Below, piece by piece: positions 36,998-47,983 of a stretch of 64,000 bases of DNA (the stretch's first letter is position 1; each line of letters starts with the position of its first letter). A program made the translations under genes and the position numbers. Source of the stretch: a virus (taxonomy: Duplodnaviria > Caudoviricetes); IMG/VR virus record IMGVR_UViG_3300012979_001162, positions 98,649-162,648 of that record. The stretch is one strand, 5' to 3'. The notes beneath the pieces were generated by a model. The model did not search any database and had not been told where the DNA came from. It saw only the letters and a list, made by a program, of their open reading frames with translations.

Positions 36998-38191
36998 ATG
37001 GCAGGTAAAGCTATGGGCAAGAGTGCCCCGAAGAAGTCGATGGCGACAACTACACAAAAGGCAGCAGAAGAAAAGGAAGAGTATCTATGCTATTGTTGTG
37101 GCGAGAAAAAGAAGAAAACATCTTTTTATACTACGACAGATCCGTTTAATGGCGTAGGTGTCAATCCTTTTTGTAAGCTGTGCATTGAGAAAATTGCTAG
37201 AAATTATAATAGTAAAAGCGGACAGTATGGTGAAGTTACCAAAGCATCGTTGTGTGATGCACTTGAAAGAATGGATTTGCCATATAAGGAGAAATTATGG
37301 GATTCGTCTTATAACGAAGTGCATGACCCGACCTTGAAGCAACCTAAGACCAATGTGTGGTCGGCGTATATTAAAAATGTTAAGCTACCACAATATAATG
37401 GGGAGCGTTGGAGAAATAGTGATATGTTTAAAGAGGGTACGTCTGTAAAGCCCGACACTGAGGATAAAATTGCGTCCACTATGACTCCCGAAGTTCTAGA
37501 TGAGTGTAAAACTAATAAGCGAGATTTGATTCGTCTTATTGGTTATGATCCGTTTGCAAATTACCCAGTCGAGCAAGACCTTCCTGTGTTATATGCTCAG
37601 ATAATCAGCTTCATCGATGAAGAAACCAAGAACGATGGTATGAAGATGAACGCCGTTATTCAGATTGTACAGGCATTTAATCAGATTCAAAAATTGAATG
37701 ACGCTATCAATGAATTATTGGCAGACACTAAGAAATTAAATAGTAATAACGGCACTATTAAGCAGCATTCTGATACAATATCTAAACTACTTAGTGGAGC
37801 AAACGCACTCGCTAAGGACAATGGCATCTCTGTGAACTTCAATAATAGTAAATCGAAAGGTCAAAACACCCTTACCGGAAAGATGAAGGAATTGGATTTG
37901 ATTGGTTTCAGAGATGCAAAAATTAATATGTATGATATTGATTATTGTCAGGGTATGAGACAGGTTGCTGAAATTAGTGCTAAGGCACAGGTAGACCAAA
38001 TTGGTTTTGACGAAAATACGATGAATACAATTGCCAATATCAGACGTGAGTTAGTTGATGAACTTCAAAAGAAATTAGACAAGGCTAACGAGCGCGCGAG
38101 ATTGTTACTTGTAGAAAATAAAGATTTAAAAGAATTTTTAAAAGAGAAAGGTTTAATTGATGAGTTTGGGCAGGTGATTGATAATGAGTGA
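36998..38191 (+). CDS. zinc-finger protein upstream of terminase (possible small terminase subunit)
   Basis: CYCCG...CKLC; position directly before TerL; function inferred from synteny only. Confidence 0.55.
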   Translation: MAGKAMGKSAPKKSMATTTQKAAEEKEEYLCYCCGEKKKKTSFYTTTDPFNGVGVNPFCKLCIEKIARNYNSKSGQYGEVTKASLCDALERMDLPYKEKLWDSSYNEVHDPTLKQPKTNVWSAYIKNVKLPQYNGERWRNSDMFKEGTSVKPDTEDKIASTMTPEVLDECKTNKRDLIRLIGYDPFANYPVEQDLPVLYAQIISFIDEETKNDGMKMNAVIQIVQAFNQIQKLNDAINELLADTKKLNSNNGTIKQHSDTISKLLSGANALAKDNGISVNFNNSKSKGQNTLTGKMKELDLIGFRDAKINMYDIDYCQGMRQVAEISAKAQVDQIGFDENTMNTIANIRRELVDELQKKLDKANERARLLLVENKDLKEFLKEKGLIDEFGQVIDNE

Positions 38192-41100
38192 TATCATTTT
38201 GACTGAACGACAAATATTAGAAAACTGCATTGAAGATTGTTTTGAGGGTTTTAAGGATTTATGCGATGAGCTCGAAGATACCTTTGGAGAGTATGGGATA
38301 TTTGTCAAACCAAATCTATATAATATGACAACCAAACGATATCGGGAAAAATTAGATTTGGCAGAGTTCCTTCAGTGGGGACGAAGAAACCCATCTCGTT
38401 TTATCGAAGAAGTTTTTAATGTACAGTTAATGGACTATCAGAGATATTTAATCGATAGTTCTTGGAATAAACCATTTGTAGTATGGGCAATGAGCCGTAA
38501 TGGAGGTAAGTCTCTGCTTGCAGCTTTGTTTATTATGGCAAAAATGCTTTTAATTCCCGGATTTAAGGCTTATATACTTGCTGGCGTTGGTTCTCAGTCA
38601 ATCGAGCTCTTTACCAAGATGGAACAGTTTGCGATGAAAAATATTGCGTCATTTACCAATTTAAATGATGTATTTCAAAGCAATGTTGTAAAATCTCAAG
38701 CGAACTCGACTGGATGGGTACACAATCCCGCCTCTTATACCGTAAGAACGTATGGCGGTTCCCAAGTATTTACGTTGAACGGCGCTTTCGACAATAACAG
38801 AAGTAAATTTTTAAAATTAATGCTTATTATAAAATTAAATCTTAGGAGGAACCTATAATGAGTAAACAATGGACAGATGAAGAAATTAAGTTTTTAAAAG
38901 ATAATTATAAAACAATGACATACAAACAATTGTCTGAACAATTAAATAGAACTAAGGCGGCAATTGACTTAAAAATCAATAGACTTGGATTAAAGAAAGA
39001 TAAGTACGTATATAATCATGATTTTTTTGAGAATATCGACACACCTCAAAAGGCGTATTGGCTTGGATTTATTTATGCAGATGGCGGAGTTGCCATTGAT
39101 ACTCGGACAAATAGTTGTGAGTTGTCGATTAAGTTACAAGCGTCAGACGCAAATCATTTAAGAAAATTTAACAAAACGCTAGATGGCAACGTGAATGTGT
39201 CTTTTGATACTAGAAAATGTAATTTAAATAACAAGATGTATGATACGTGTCAAATTCGGTTTTATTCAAGTAAGTTGGTACATGATTTAGGACAGCATGG
39301 CGTTATTCCAAACAAGACAATGACCATACGTTTTCCAAATATTAATAGAAATTTATATGCGGATTTTATTCGTGGTTATTTCGATGGAGATGGTTGTGTT
39401 TGCGAAAACAAAAAGAAAAATGGACCATCAAGCATTGCGGCAAATTTTACATGCGGATCAATTGATTTTTTAAATGATTTGAGGTCGATATTATACGAAA
39501 ATGGAATTTGTTCTTATATTACAAGATGGAAAGATAAAGCGCCGAAATTAGTTATAGGCGGTATGAAAAATACTCATAATTTTTTATATTATATATACAA
39601 TAACAAATCGGAGTATTTAGAAAGAAAATATAAAAAAACAATTGATTTGTATAAACATTTAGATATTGAACAACGTTTGCTTCGCCATTCAGAAATGAGT
39701 GGTTCTTTTATAAGCGAGAAAGAAAACGGGAATCCTGAAATGGAAATCCGAGTGGAAGGCTGTGTTTAAAAGCATAGTCACACGCAGAGCGTAGATTCTG
39801 AACCTGCCTTGCAGAATATAATGAATCCAAGAGTTCTCGCCCCTGACCGAGTAAAGTCGAAGGTGAAAAGGTACGCCGAACTTACAGAAAATACAACTGT
39901 AAGAATTATTGGATAAAAAGCCAATAAGATAACATATGAAACGTTCAAATCTCAATGTATATGATGAAGCAATGAATGCAGCAGATGAGTTGTTCCATAC
40001 TTCTGAGCCGTTTACAACTCAGAACTCGGAATTCAAAATGGGTAAAGATTTTAATGCGGACGATGTGTTGGCAGAACCAATTCCGTTCCCCAACCAATTA
40101 TTATATTGTTCTTCTGCCGGTCGAACGGATCAGTACTTCTTCAAGAAATATAAAGAATTTTCTCTCCGTATGTTTGCAGGAGATAAGAGGTATTTTTGCG
40201 CAGACATTTCTTGCGATGTTATTATTAATGCGACGGTTCACAACAAATTATGGCCCGTACCATTGTTGACACAAGAAAAAGTGGACCAAGCCATGCGTGA
40301 AGATAAAGAAGCAGCCATGCGTGAATATAGAAATATTTTCACTTCCGAGGGTGGTGAAGGTCAGATTATTAAGAGAGCGGATATTATTAGAAACTCTGTT
40401 ACAAGACCGCCAAAGCTTAGAAATGAAGATGGCAATAGTTTATGGGGCTTAATGTACGACCCTGCTCGTTCGAAAGATAACTCTGTAATTTTCATTCCAG
40501 AGTATTACAAAGATCCAGTAGTTGGTTGGAAGATGAGAGTTCAAAACGTTGTAAATCTCATAAATTTAGAGAAGCGCAATAAGACTCCGATGACAACACC
40601 TAATCAAATTAAAGAGTTCAAACGACTACTTTTGGCATATAATGGTGAAGGTAAGGCGGATTATGAAAACATTCTCAGTATGTGCGTGGACGCAGGTTCT
40701 GGTGGTGCAGGTGTTAATATTTGTGACTTCTTATGGGAAGATTGGGAAGATGATGATGGCAATATGCATAGAGGCTTGATTGATAAAGATTATAGCCCAG
40801 ATGAAGTAGGTTTGTATCCAAATGCAATTAAAGATAAACTTCATCTAATTCAGCCATCTAAATATAAAGTTGAAATGTTTACGGCACTCATTGAGATGAC
40901 AAATATGAACCTCATCGAGTGGCCAAGTGAATATGATAATCGTGGGTATATTGTGTTGATGTATAACTTAAATACCAAAACCGGAGAAAAGACCTTGCGA
41001 TATGAAGAGCCAACGGAAAAAGAAGTAAAAGAATTGGCGAAACAAGGAATTGAAATTATTAGAGAGCAATATCATTTGGACGCCGACGAAGAAATAGCAT

Positions 41101-41363
41101 TGAAACAAATTGATGCTATGAAAAACGAACTTGTTAATATATATAAATTTAAACAATCTAACGGCAATGTTAGATATGATTTGGCGCCAGACAAAGTTGG
41201 CAAACTTCATGACGACCGTGCTTATGTTATGGCGATGGCTGCCTGGGTGTTGCAGCAATTGCGTCGTGAAAGTTTAGTAACGAGAAAGAAGCCAGATCAT
41301 AAACAAATACTTGATAAATTGGTAGTTTCTAATGGAAAACACATTGATAAAATTTTCGGATAG
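38184..41363 (+). CDS. terL: terminase large subunit, spliced: join(38184..38804,39939..41363)
   Basis: Walker A-like SRNGGKS in exon 1; splice gives NNRS|KRSNLNVYDEA (Walker B); nuclease motifs YDPAR..DNS and HDDRAY. Confidence 0.88.
38805..39938 (+). mobile_element. group I intron in terL
   Basis: 5' exon ends in U (AGT), intron ends in G (CATATG), in-frame join; core-like segments at 39720-39890; carries LAGLIDADG ORF. Confidence 0.85.
38858..39769 (+). CDS. intron-encoded LAGLIDADG homing endonuclease
   Basis: AYWLGFIYADG and FIRGYFDGDG; N-terminal WTDEEI..L Myb-like helix. Confidence 0.9.
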   Translation: MSKQWTDEEIKFLKDNYKTMTYKQLSEQLNRTKAAIDLKINRLGLKKDKYVYNHDFFENIDTPQKAYWLGFIYADGGVAIDTRTNSCELSIKLQASDANHLRKFNKTLDGNVNVSFDTRKCNLNNKMYDTCQIRFYSSKLVHDLGQHGVIPNKTMTIRFPNINRNLYADFIRGYFDGDGCVCENKKKNGPSSIAANFTCGSIDFLNDLRSILYENGICSYITRWKDKAPKLVIGGMKNTHNFLYYIYNNKSEYLERKYKKTIDLYKHLDIEQRLLRHSEMSGSFISEKENGNPEMEIRVEGCV

Positions 41364-41381
41364 AAAGGATGGTGAAGTGCC

Positions 41382-42896
41382 GTGGAAACTAAAGAAAAAA
41401 TTCAAAAATTAAAAGAAGACGAAAAACGAACACAGATAAAGCAGTTCGCCGAAGAATTGAAGAATGTTTTACAATTGTTTAATCCAGAAAAAATTCCGAA
41501 TAGAACCACCACAACATATAGTAGAGAGACGCTCAGAACATATTTGAGAAATCCTGCTACTGAATCAAACAACAATAACCTGAGAAAACTTAGTAATTAT
41601 CTTTACACAATTTCTCATGTTTATCGTCGTATGATTAGATTTAAGGCACACCAAATGAATTGCAAGGTGTGGAGCGCTTATCCTATTGTTAGTATGATTG
41701 AGGAGAATGACGAGGAGTCTATTCTCAAAGAGTATGAGCGTGTCGTTAATATTGTTACAAATATGAATATGAAGTCTCAAATACTTAAAATGAACCTTCT
41801 GGCGTGGAAGCATGGTGTATCATATGGATTTTGTTACGGAGACCCCGAGGGCGAGGGCAGTTTTTATATTCACCCATTAGACCCCGACCGTTGCAAAATA
41901 TCGTGTGCGTCATTTGATAATGGTGTGCCCGGTTTCTTATTTGATATGTCTTATTTCAGAGGTAACGAGGAGCAGTTGGAATATTATGATGAAGTATTTA
42001 CTACTTTGTATAATGAATTCCAAAGAGATAATATTAAGTGGAAACAATTACCTATAGAAAAAACATTTTGTCAAAAGGTTGATCCTGATAATCTTGATTA
42101 CTCTATTCCTCCCCTTTCGGGTCTGATGGAGCAGGTAATTTCTGTTACTGACTTACAGGCGGCGCAGGACGAGATAGACAATCTTTCTAACTATAAAATG
42201 ATTTGGGGAAAACTCGATACTATTGCTGGATCGAAGAACCCTGACGACTTTGCGGTGGATTTGGATTTGGCACTTTCGTTTATGAAAAAGATTAATGATG
42301 CCCTGCCGGACAATGTTGCTTACGCTCTCTCTCCTCTCGATCTAGATGTTATCGAGTTTAAAGATAATGATGCTAGTGATGTTAATGTCCTTAGTAAAGC
42401 TTATAGCAACCTTATTGAAGCAAATGGTTCCATCATCTTGAATTCCAACAAGATTACCAACAGTCAGTCATTCAAGTTAGCACTTAAGGCTGAGTGTGAG
42501 GATGCTATGAGTTTAACACCACAGTTAAATGCATGGTTAAAATTCTATTTGAAGTACAACTATAATGTCGAGACTGTTGCAGTTGAATTTTCCGATGTGT
42601 CGCCATACTTTATGGATGATGAGATTGAGAAGATGACTAAACTTGCTGGTCTGGGGCTTCCTGTTAAGACTAAACTTGCGGCTCTGGCTGGAGCTAATCC
42701 TCAGGAGAGCTTTGGTATGGATTTCCTTGAGAGACAGCTTTTGAAGATTGGTACGGAAAGATGGACTAATCCTCTTGTATCTTCCAATACTCAAAGCGGC
42801 ATTGGTGGAGAAGGTGGAGCTCCTGAAAAATCTGAAGGAGAGCTTAGTGACGAGGGTCTCGAAGATAGAGATCAAAACAAAAATGATAATGAATAA
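41382..42896 (+). CDS. portal protein
   Basis: 504 aa directly after TerL; low-complexity C-tail GGAPEK; mainly synteny and size. Confidence 0.75.
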   Translation: METKEKIQKLKEDEKRTQIKQFAEELKNVLQLFNPEKIPNRTTTTYSRETLRTYLRNPATESNNNNLRKLSNYLYTISHVYRRMIRFKAHQMNCKVWSAYPIVSMIEENDEESILKEYERVVNIVTNMNMKSQILKMNLLAWKHGVSYGFCYGDPEGEGSFYIHPLDPDRCKISCASFDNGVPGFLFDMSYFRGNEEQLEYYDEVFTTLYNEFQRDNIKWKQLPIEKTFCQKVDPDNLDYSIPPLSGLMEQVISVTDLQAAQDEIDNLSNYKMIWGKLDTIAGSKNPDDFAVDLDLALSFMKKINDALPDNVAYALSPLDLDVIEFKDNDASDVNVLSKAYSNLIEANGSIILNSNKITNSQSFKLALKAECEDAMSLTPQLNAWLKFYLKYNYNVETVAVEFSDVSPYFMDDEIEKMTKLAGLGLPVKTKLAALAGANPQESFGMDFLERQLLKIGTERWTNPLVSSNTQSGIGGEGGAPEKSEGELSDEGLEDRDQNKNDNE

Positions 42897-42908
42897 TGAC
42901 AGGAGAAT

Positions 42909-43136
42909 ATGATTATGGCTACAATTAAACAATTTGGAGGACAGGGACTTGCTAGTGATTTTGCATCCATTATTCTTGAGAACGATGCAGAAGCGACCAC
43001 CCTGCCTATTAATCAAGCAGATCCTACAAAAACATCTCTCCAAAATCACGATAAGTTTTCTGTTGGTAGCGAGGCATTTTGCCCTAGTTCTGGCAATGCA
43101 TTTATGCTTACAGAAGCAGGTTGGATTAAACTATAA
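42909..43136 (+). CDS. hypothetical protein
   Basis: AGGAG RBS. Confidence 0.6.
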   Translation: MIMATIKQFGGQGLASDFASIILENDAEATTLPINQADPTKTSLQNHDKFSVGSEAFCPSSGNAFMLTEAGWIKL

Positions 43137-43147
43137 GGGGTGATTGT

Positions 43148-43780
43148 ATGGATTTAGTTACATTAGCACTTGCTAAAAAGTATACCGATAAAGCAATCGC
43201 TCAAGCAGCAGTTGGAGATATTGATGTAGAGGCATATGTAAAAGAGGCAGTTGATGATGTTGTTGGTAGTGCCTCTGAGGAATTTAATTCATTAGGCGAG
43301 ATGGAGACCGCACTTGGTAACAAGGTCGATAAGACAACGACTATTAACAATAAACCATTAAGTTCAAACATTTCTCTTGGTGCTTCTGATGTGGGCGCAG
43401 TTCCTACATCCCGTACAGTTAATGGCAAAGCTTTAAGTGGGAATGTTACATTGAGTGCATCAGATGTTAAAGCATTGCCTGATACGACAACTATTCCTAC
43501 GACTTTGGCTAGTTTGGCAGAAGATGCTACTCACAGAGTTGTTACCGACGCAGAAAAGACCGCTTGGAATGCCAAATCTAATTTCAGTGGTAACTACAAT
43601 GATTTAACCAACAAGCCAACGATACCTAGTGTTGTTGGACTTGCTACCGAGGAGTATGTTGATAATGCAATAGCAAACAAAGAGTTTATATTAAACTCTA
43701 GTACTGAGGGTAGTACGAAGAAATTTAGAATTACAGTAGACGATACCGGTGTTTTGACTGCTATTGAAGTTACCGAGTAA
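43148..43780 (+). CDS. fibre-like virion protein
   Basis: Repeats T(I/V)N(N/G)K.LS.N(I/V).L.ASDV and FSGNYNDLTNKP typical of phage fibre proteins. Confidence 0.6.
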   Translation: MDLVTLALAKKYTDKAIAQAAVGDIDVEAYVKEAVDDVVGSASEEFNSLGEMETALGNKVDKTTTINNKPLSSNISLGASDVGAVPTSRTVNGKALSGNVTLSASDVKALPDTTTIPTTLASLAEDATHRVVTDAEKTAWNAKSNFSGNYNDLTNKPTIPSVVGLATEEYVDNAIANKEFILNSSTEGSTKKFRITVDDTGVLTAIEVTE

Positions 43781-43792
43781 TGAGGTGATGTT

Positions 43793-43975
43793 ATGGAGAA
43801 AAAGTTTATTAAAACTACTGATACTGAAACTGCGAATAAATTAATTGCATTCGGTTTTAAACTCGTCTCTAATATTGGAAGTGTATATACATTCTTAAAT
43901 GAAGTGCCGCAGAGACTCAATTTTGACTCCGTGGATAAAACCAAGATTATATATGATGACAAATTAAGTCTGTGA
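43793..43975 (+). CDS. small hypothetical protein
   Basis: GAGGTG RBS. Confidence 0.6.
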   Translation: MEKKFIKTTDTETANKLIAFGFKLVSNIGSVYTFLNEVPQRLNFDSVDKTKIIYDDKLSL

Positions 43976-44025
43976 TCTCCTTTCGGAGTACACATATTAT
44001 TATTTAAGAAAGGAGGATGATACAG

Positions 44026-45687
44026 ATGGCGAGAAAATTTTATACATTGGACGACCTTTATAATTTCTGTAAAGACAACCGTTTTGAATTTTTTAGTGCA
44101 GATAAGTTTGGTGCACCTTTGGTTGTACAGTCTTTTGGTACATTTGAAGCTGATAGCACAAATACTGATGGTTTAATGGCTGTAAAGCTTAAATCTTGTC
44201 ACACAGGCAAAAACAGAAATAAATCTGGCATTACCGATGACAATATGAATAAGTATAAGTACACCTTTAAAGGCAGACCTATTCTTGGCGCTATTTACAA
44301 AACTGATACCGGCGAGTACGAGTTTCGTGCTCACGATATGAAGGTGATTGACGATGGTGACGACATAGAGTATATTGAGCAACCCATTGGAGTAATATCT
44401 CAGACCGAGGAGCCTTATCTTGAATATGACGCAGAAGAAGGCAAAAACTACCTTATGGTTAGCGGAACAATATTCTCTGATTATTCTAAAGCCGCAGAAA
44501 TCCTTGAGAGACGCAGAACTTGTAAGTGCTCGGTAGAAATTGCCGTAGAGGAACTTAGTTATAATTGCGACGAGGATTATTTATCCATAGATAAATTCCG
44601 TTTCTCTGGCGTAACTATCCTCGGATATGAGCAAGATGGTGTCACGGAAATCCAGGAAGGCATGAAAGGCAGTAAAATTACTATTGATGACTTTAGCGCC
44701 AAAAAGAATAGTATGTTTTCTGCAGAAAGCCAAGATAAGTTGATTGAAATACTTGAAAAGCTTAATACAACGCTTGAAAGTTTCAATGATAAAAATCAGA
44801 ATTCAGAGAAAGGAGGAGAAAAAGTTATGAACAAGTTTGAAGAATTGCTTGCTAAATATGGCAAGACTGCTGACGAAGTAACTTTTGAGTACGAAAATCT
44901 CTGTGATGAAGAACTTGAAGTTGCTTTTAAGGAAGCATTTGAAGAGGCCACAGAAGAGACCGAGCCTGTTGAAGAGACGGTGGTCGAGGAAGTGGACGAG
45001 GAAGAACCAGCCGACGAAGAGTCTGCAGAGGTTGTAATTGAGGAAGCTGCAGAAGTTGAGACACCAGCCGAAACAGTTGTAGAACAACCCGCAGAGAAGT
45101 TCGTGCTTAAGTATGAGCTAAGCCACGATGATATTCGCTCTGCACTTTATAGTCTTTTATCCGCAACATCCGACGATGGATATTATTATGTTTGGATTCT
45201 TGAAGTATACGATGATAAATTTATTTATTGCGATGCTATGGAAGACAAATATTATAGACAAGATTACTCCAGAGACGGTGAAAATGTTGCTCTCGGAGAA
45301 AACAAGGTTGAAGTATTCAATGAGTGGCTTTCGAAGGCAGAAAAGGATGCTCTTGATGCATTAAAGGCAGATTATGCTACACTTAAGGAATTTAAGGAAA
45401 CATATGATGCTTCCGTTGTTAAGGCCAAGAAGACCGATATTCTTGACAAAGAGGAATATGAGTGTCTTGCAGGAAATAAGGATTTTGCACAACTTAGAGC
45501 CGATGTAGACAAGTATTCTGTCGAGGAAATTTCCACAAAGGCAGATCTTATCTTTGCCGCACATATGAAATCTACTATGGAATTTAGTGCGAAGAACGAC
45601 GGTAAGAAGAAACCTAAAACTCATAATTTTGGTGCTGCAAAAGAAAAAGATGAAGAACCAAAAGCATATGACAAACTTTTTGATTAA
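44026..45687 (+). CDS. prohead protease/scaffold protein
   Basis: H.GKNRN.S, AHDM, CSVEI protease-like N-half; acidic coiled-coil C-half; between portal and capsid genes. Confidence 0.7.
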   Translation: MARKFYTLDDLYNFCKDNRFEFFSADKFGAPLVVQSFGTFEADSTNTDGLMAVKLKSCHTGKNRNKSGITDDNMNKYKYTFKGRPILGAIYKTDTGEYEFRAHDMKVIDDGDDIEYIEQPIGVISQTEEPYLEYDAEEGKNYLMVSGTIFSDYSKAAEILERRRTCKCSVEIAVEELSYNCDEDYLSIDKFRFSGVTILGYEQDGVTEIQEGMKGSKITIDDFSAKKNSMFSAESQDKLIEILEKLNTTLESFNDKNQNSEKGGEKVMNKFEELLAKYGKTADEVTFEYENLCDEELEVAFKEAFEEATEETEPVEETVVEEVDEEEPADEESAEVVIEEAAEVETPAETVVEQPAEKFVLKYELSHDDIRSALYSLLSATSDDGYYYVWILEVYDDKFIYCDAMEDKYYRQDYSRDGENVALGENKVEVFNEWLSKAEKDALDALKADYATLKEFKETYDASVVKAKKTDILDKEEYECLAGNKDFAQLRADVDKYSVEEISTKADLIFAAHMKSTMEFSAKNDGKKKPKTHNFGAAKEKDEEPKAYDKLFD

Positions 45688-45776
45688 TCACAACACAAAA
45701 TGATTAAACGAGAGCAATCCAATGCTCTTTTTAATATCGAAAACAAAAAATAAAATTTATTTAGGAGGACAAACTT

Positions 45777-46247
45777 ATGGCACAGGATCTTATTAATAAG
45801 CACTGGGTCGCAGAAATCTCTAGAGTTTCTGCTGTTTATGGCACAGGTCACATCCTCTCTGGTGAGATGGATAAGGACAGAGACAACGGCGAGATTGTTG
45901 CTGTTGGCGCGTACAAGGAAGGCGAATACTACACTGTTAGTGACTTCGCTGGTGAATTTGAGGCAAAGGTAATTGAGATTGTTAATCACCCTGGTCGCAC
46001 TATGGTTAGATTTGAACTTACCAAGGACTGCGAGGGTTACTTCGTTCACAATCCCGAAACTATGCCCAACGATTTCTTGAAGGTATATCAGGATATTGCA
46101 AACTACTACAATGCAAAGGGTGATAGAGCAAGAATGTACCCTATGTATAAGCACGACGTATTTACTGTATCTGTTGATGCATTTGGTGGCACTGCTCCCG
46201 AAATTGGTGCAACTGTTTCTTATGCTGACGGTTACACTGTTGCGTAA
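45777..46247 (+). CDS. capsid decoration/minor head protein
   Basis: Position before MCP; strongly biased codon use. Confidence 0.55.
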   Translation: MAQDLINKHWVAEISRVSAVYGTGHILSGEMDKDRDNGEIVAVGAYKEGEYYTVSDFAGEFEAKVIEIVNHPGRTMVRFELTKDCEGYFVHNPETMPNDFLKVYQDIANYYNAKGDRARMYPMYKHDVFTVSVDAFGGTAPEIGATVSYADGYTVA

Positions 46248-46263
46248 TTAATGAAAGGAGGAA

Positions 46264-47376
46264 ATGATTATGAAGAATTTAATGACTTTTAATACTACTG
46301 TTCAAAATGCTTTCGGTAATGATAACGAAGCTCTTATTCAGTTTAGCGAACTCCTTTCTGACGTTGCTCGTGGCGAAGTAAAGGATCGTACTCCCAAGGA
46401 AGCTAATAAGAAGATTGTTGAGAAGTTCAGAGCTGCTCTTGGTATTGAGCCTACTGACAGACCTCAGGCAATCAAGCGTGCAATCCGCGCAAACAAGGAT
46501 CTCGTATTCACTCTTATTGAGGAGACTATCGAGGAACTTATGATTTCTGGTTGGATGGAGAATCCCTTCTTCATGCAGTTCGTTGAGGTAAAGAACCTCG
46601 CTCTTGGTGATGAGAACGACTTCTATGTTGAAGACGACGCAATCCTTAGCGTATCTAAGGTAAGCGGTAATCACCACAACATGATTAGACAGAGACTTGC
46701 AGGAGGCAGACACTTCTCCGTTGCTGGTGAGTGGTTCGGTCTTAAGATCTATGCAGATTTTGAGAGAGTACTTACTGGCGCCGAGGACTGGGCTTCCTTC
46801 GTTGCAAAGGTAGCTGAGGCTATGAACCGCTATCTCTACGACGCTCTTTACGCAGCTCTTAGAGGTGCTAAAGAGAATCTTGGTGCAAACTGGGTTAAGA
46901 ACGGTGCTCTTGACACTACCAACAAGGCAACTCTTGTAAAGCTTTGTCAGGATATTTCTATGGCAACTGGCTCCGAGGTTACTATCTTTGGTGCTCGTAC
47001 CGCCCTTTCTTCTCTTACCGCTATGGCTGATGTAAATTGGCTTCCTGAGTCTGCTAAGAAGGAATACTACAACAATGCTGGTATCCTTGGCAACTTCGAG
47101 GGCTTCTCTGTTGCAGAGATCGGTCAGGGTCTTAAGAGAGGTGCTAATATCAATAGCGCAACCGTTGAGTATCAGCTCGATACCGACAGACTTTACATTA
47201 TTCCTACTAGCGTAGCGAATAAATTTATAAAACTTGTGAATTATGGCGAGACTCAGATTTCACAGGTTACTGACAGAGATGTTAACAGAGATATGTCTTA
47301 CGAGTACGAAGTACTCTATAAGATGGGTATCAATGTTATTCTTAACACCGTATTCGGCGTTTGGGAGATTATATAA
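46264..47376 (+). CDS. major capsid protein
   Basis: 370 aa, highly biased codons, position in head module. Confidence 0.75.
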   Translation: MIMKNLMTFNTTVQNAFGNDNEALIQFSELLSDVARGEVKDRTPKEANKKIVEKFRAALGIEPTDRPQAIKRAIRANKDLVFTLIEETIEELMISGWMENPFFMQFVEVKNLALGDENDFYVEDDAILSVSKVSGNHHNMIRQRLAGGRHFSVAGEWFGLKIYADFERVLTGAEDWASFVAKVAEAMNRYLYDALYAALRGAKENLGANWVKNGALDTTNKATLVKLCQDISMATGSEVTIFGARTALSSLTAMADVNWLPESAKKEYYNNAGILGNFEGFSVAEIGQGLKRGANINSATVEYQLDTDRLYIIPTSVANKFIKLVNYGETQISQVTDRDVNRDMSYEYEVLYKMGINVILNTVFGVWEII

Positions 47377-47413
47377 TCTTTAATTAACATATGGACAAAA
47401 GGGAGAAATTATT

Positions 47414-47965
47414 ATGGCAAATACAAAAAAGTCAGCAGTTGAAACCGACGAGATCATTGAGAGTGAAACCGTCGAAGAAGTAAAGCCTACGCCTAAAAAG
47501 GTTGCTAAGGTAATTAAACATGAGCCAGGCGAATATATCACTTGTAGAAGTGTTAAATTCGGAGAACTTATTCTTATTGGACCTAAGACCCGCACGCCAT
47601 ACAGATGGTTAAACGAGGGCGATGTCGCAGAGGTAGAATATCAGGATCTTCTGTCATGGAAGGCACAGCGTCACAAGTATCTCTTCGAGCCTATGATTAT
47701 TATCGAGGACGAGGAACTTGTAGAGGAGTGGAACGCTGAACTTGGCAAACTTTATTCTGAACTTCAGAATATTGATATCAAGGCATTGTTTAAGCTTCCT
47801 CAGAGACAGTTTGTTGCTCAGCTTAAGAAGCTTAACCCCGGTATGAAGTCTACTGTTCAGAATATGGCTTATGCTATGATTCAGGACGGCACGCTTTATG
47901 ACCTTAGAATTATTAAGGCTATCGATGAGACTCTTGGTACAGAACTGATGATGATGATTAACTAA
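47414..47965 (+). CDS. hypothetical head-module protein
   Basis: ORF after MCP with RBS. Confidence 0.7.
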   Translation: MANTKKSAVETDEIIESETVEEVKPTPKKVAKVIKHEPGEYITCRSVKFGELILIGPKTRTPYRWLNEGDVAEVEYQDLLSWKAQRHKYLFEPMIIIEDEELVEEWNAELGKLYSELQNIDIKALFKLPQRQFVAQLKKLNPGMKSTVQNMAYAMIQDGTLYDLRIIKAIDETLGTELMMMIN

Positions 47966-47983
47966 TATAGGGAGGTGTCTTAG

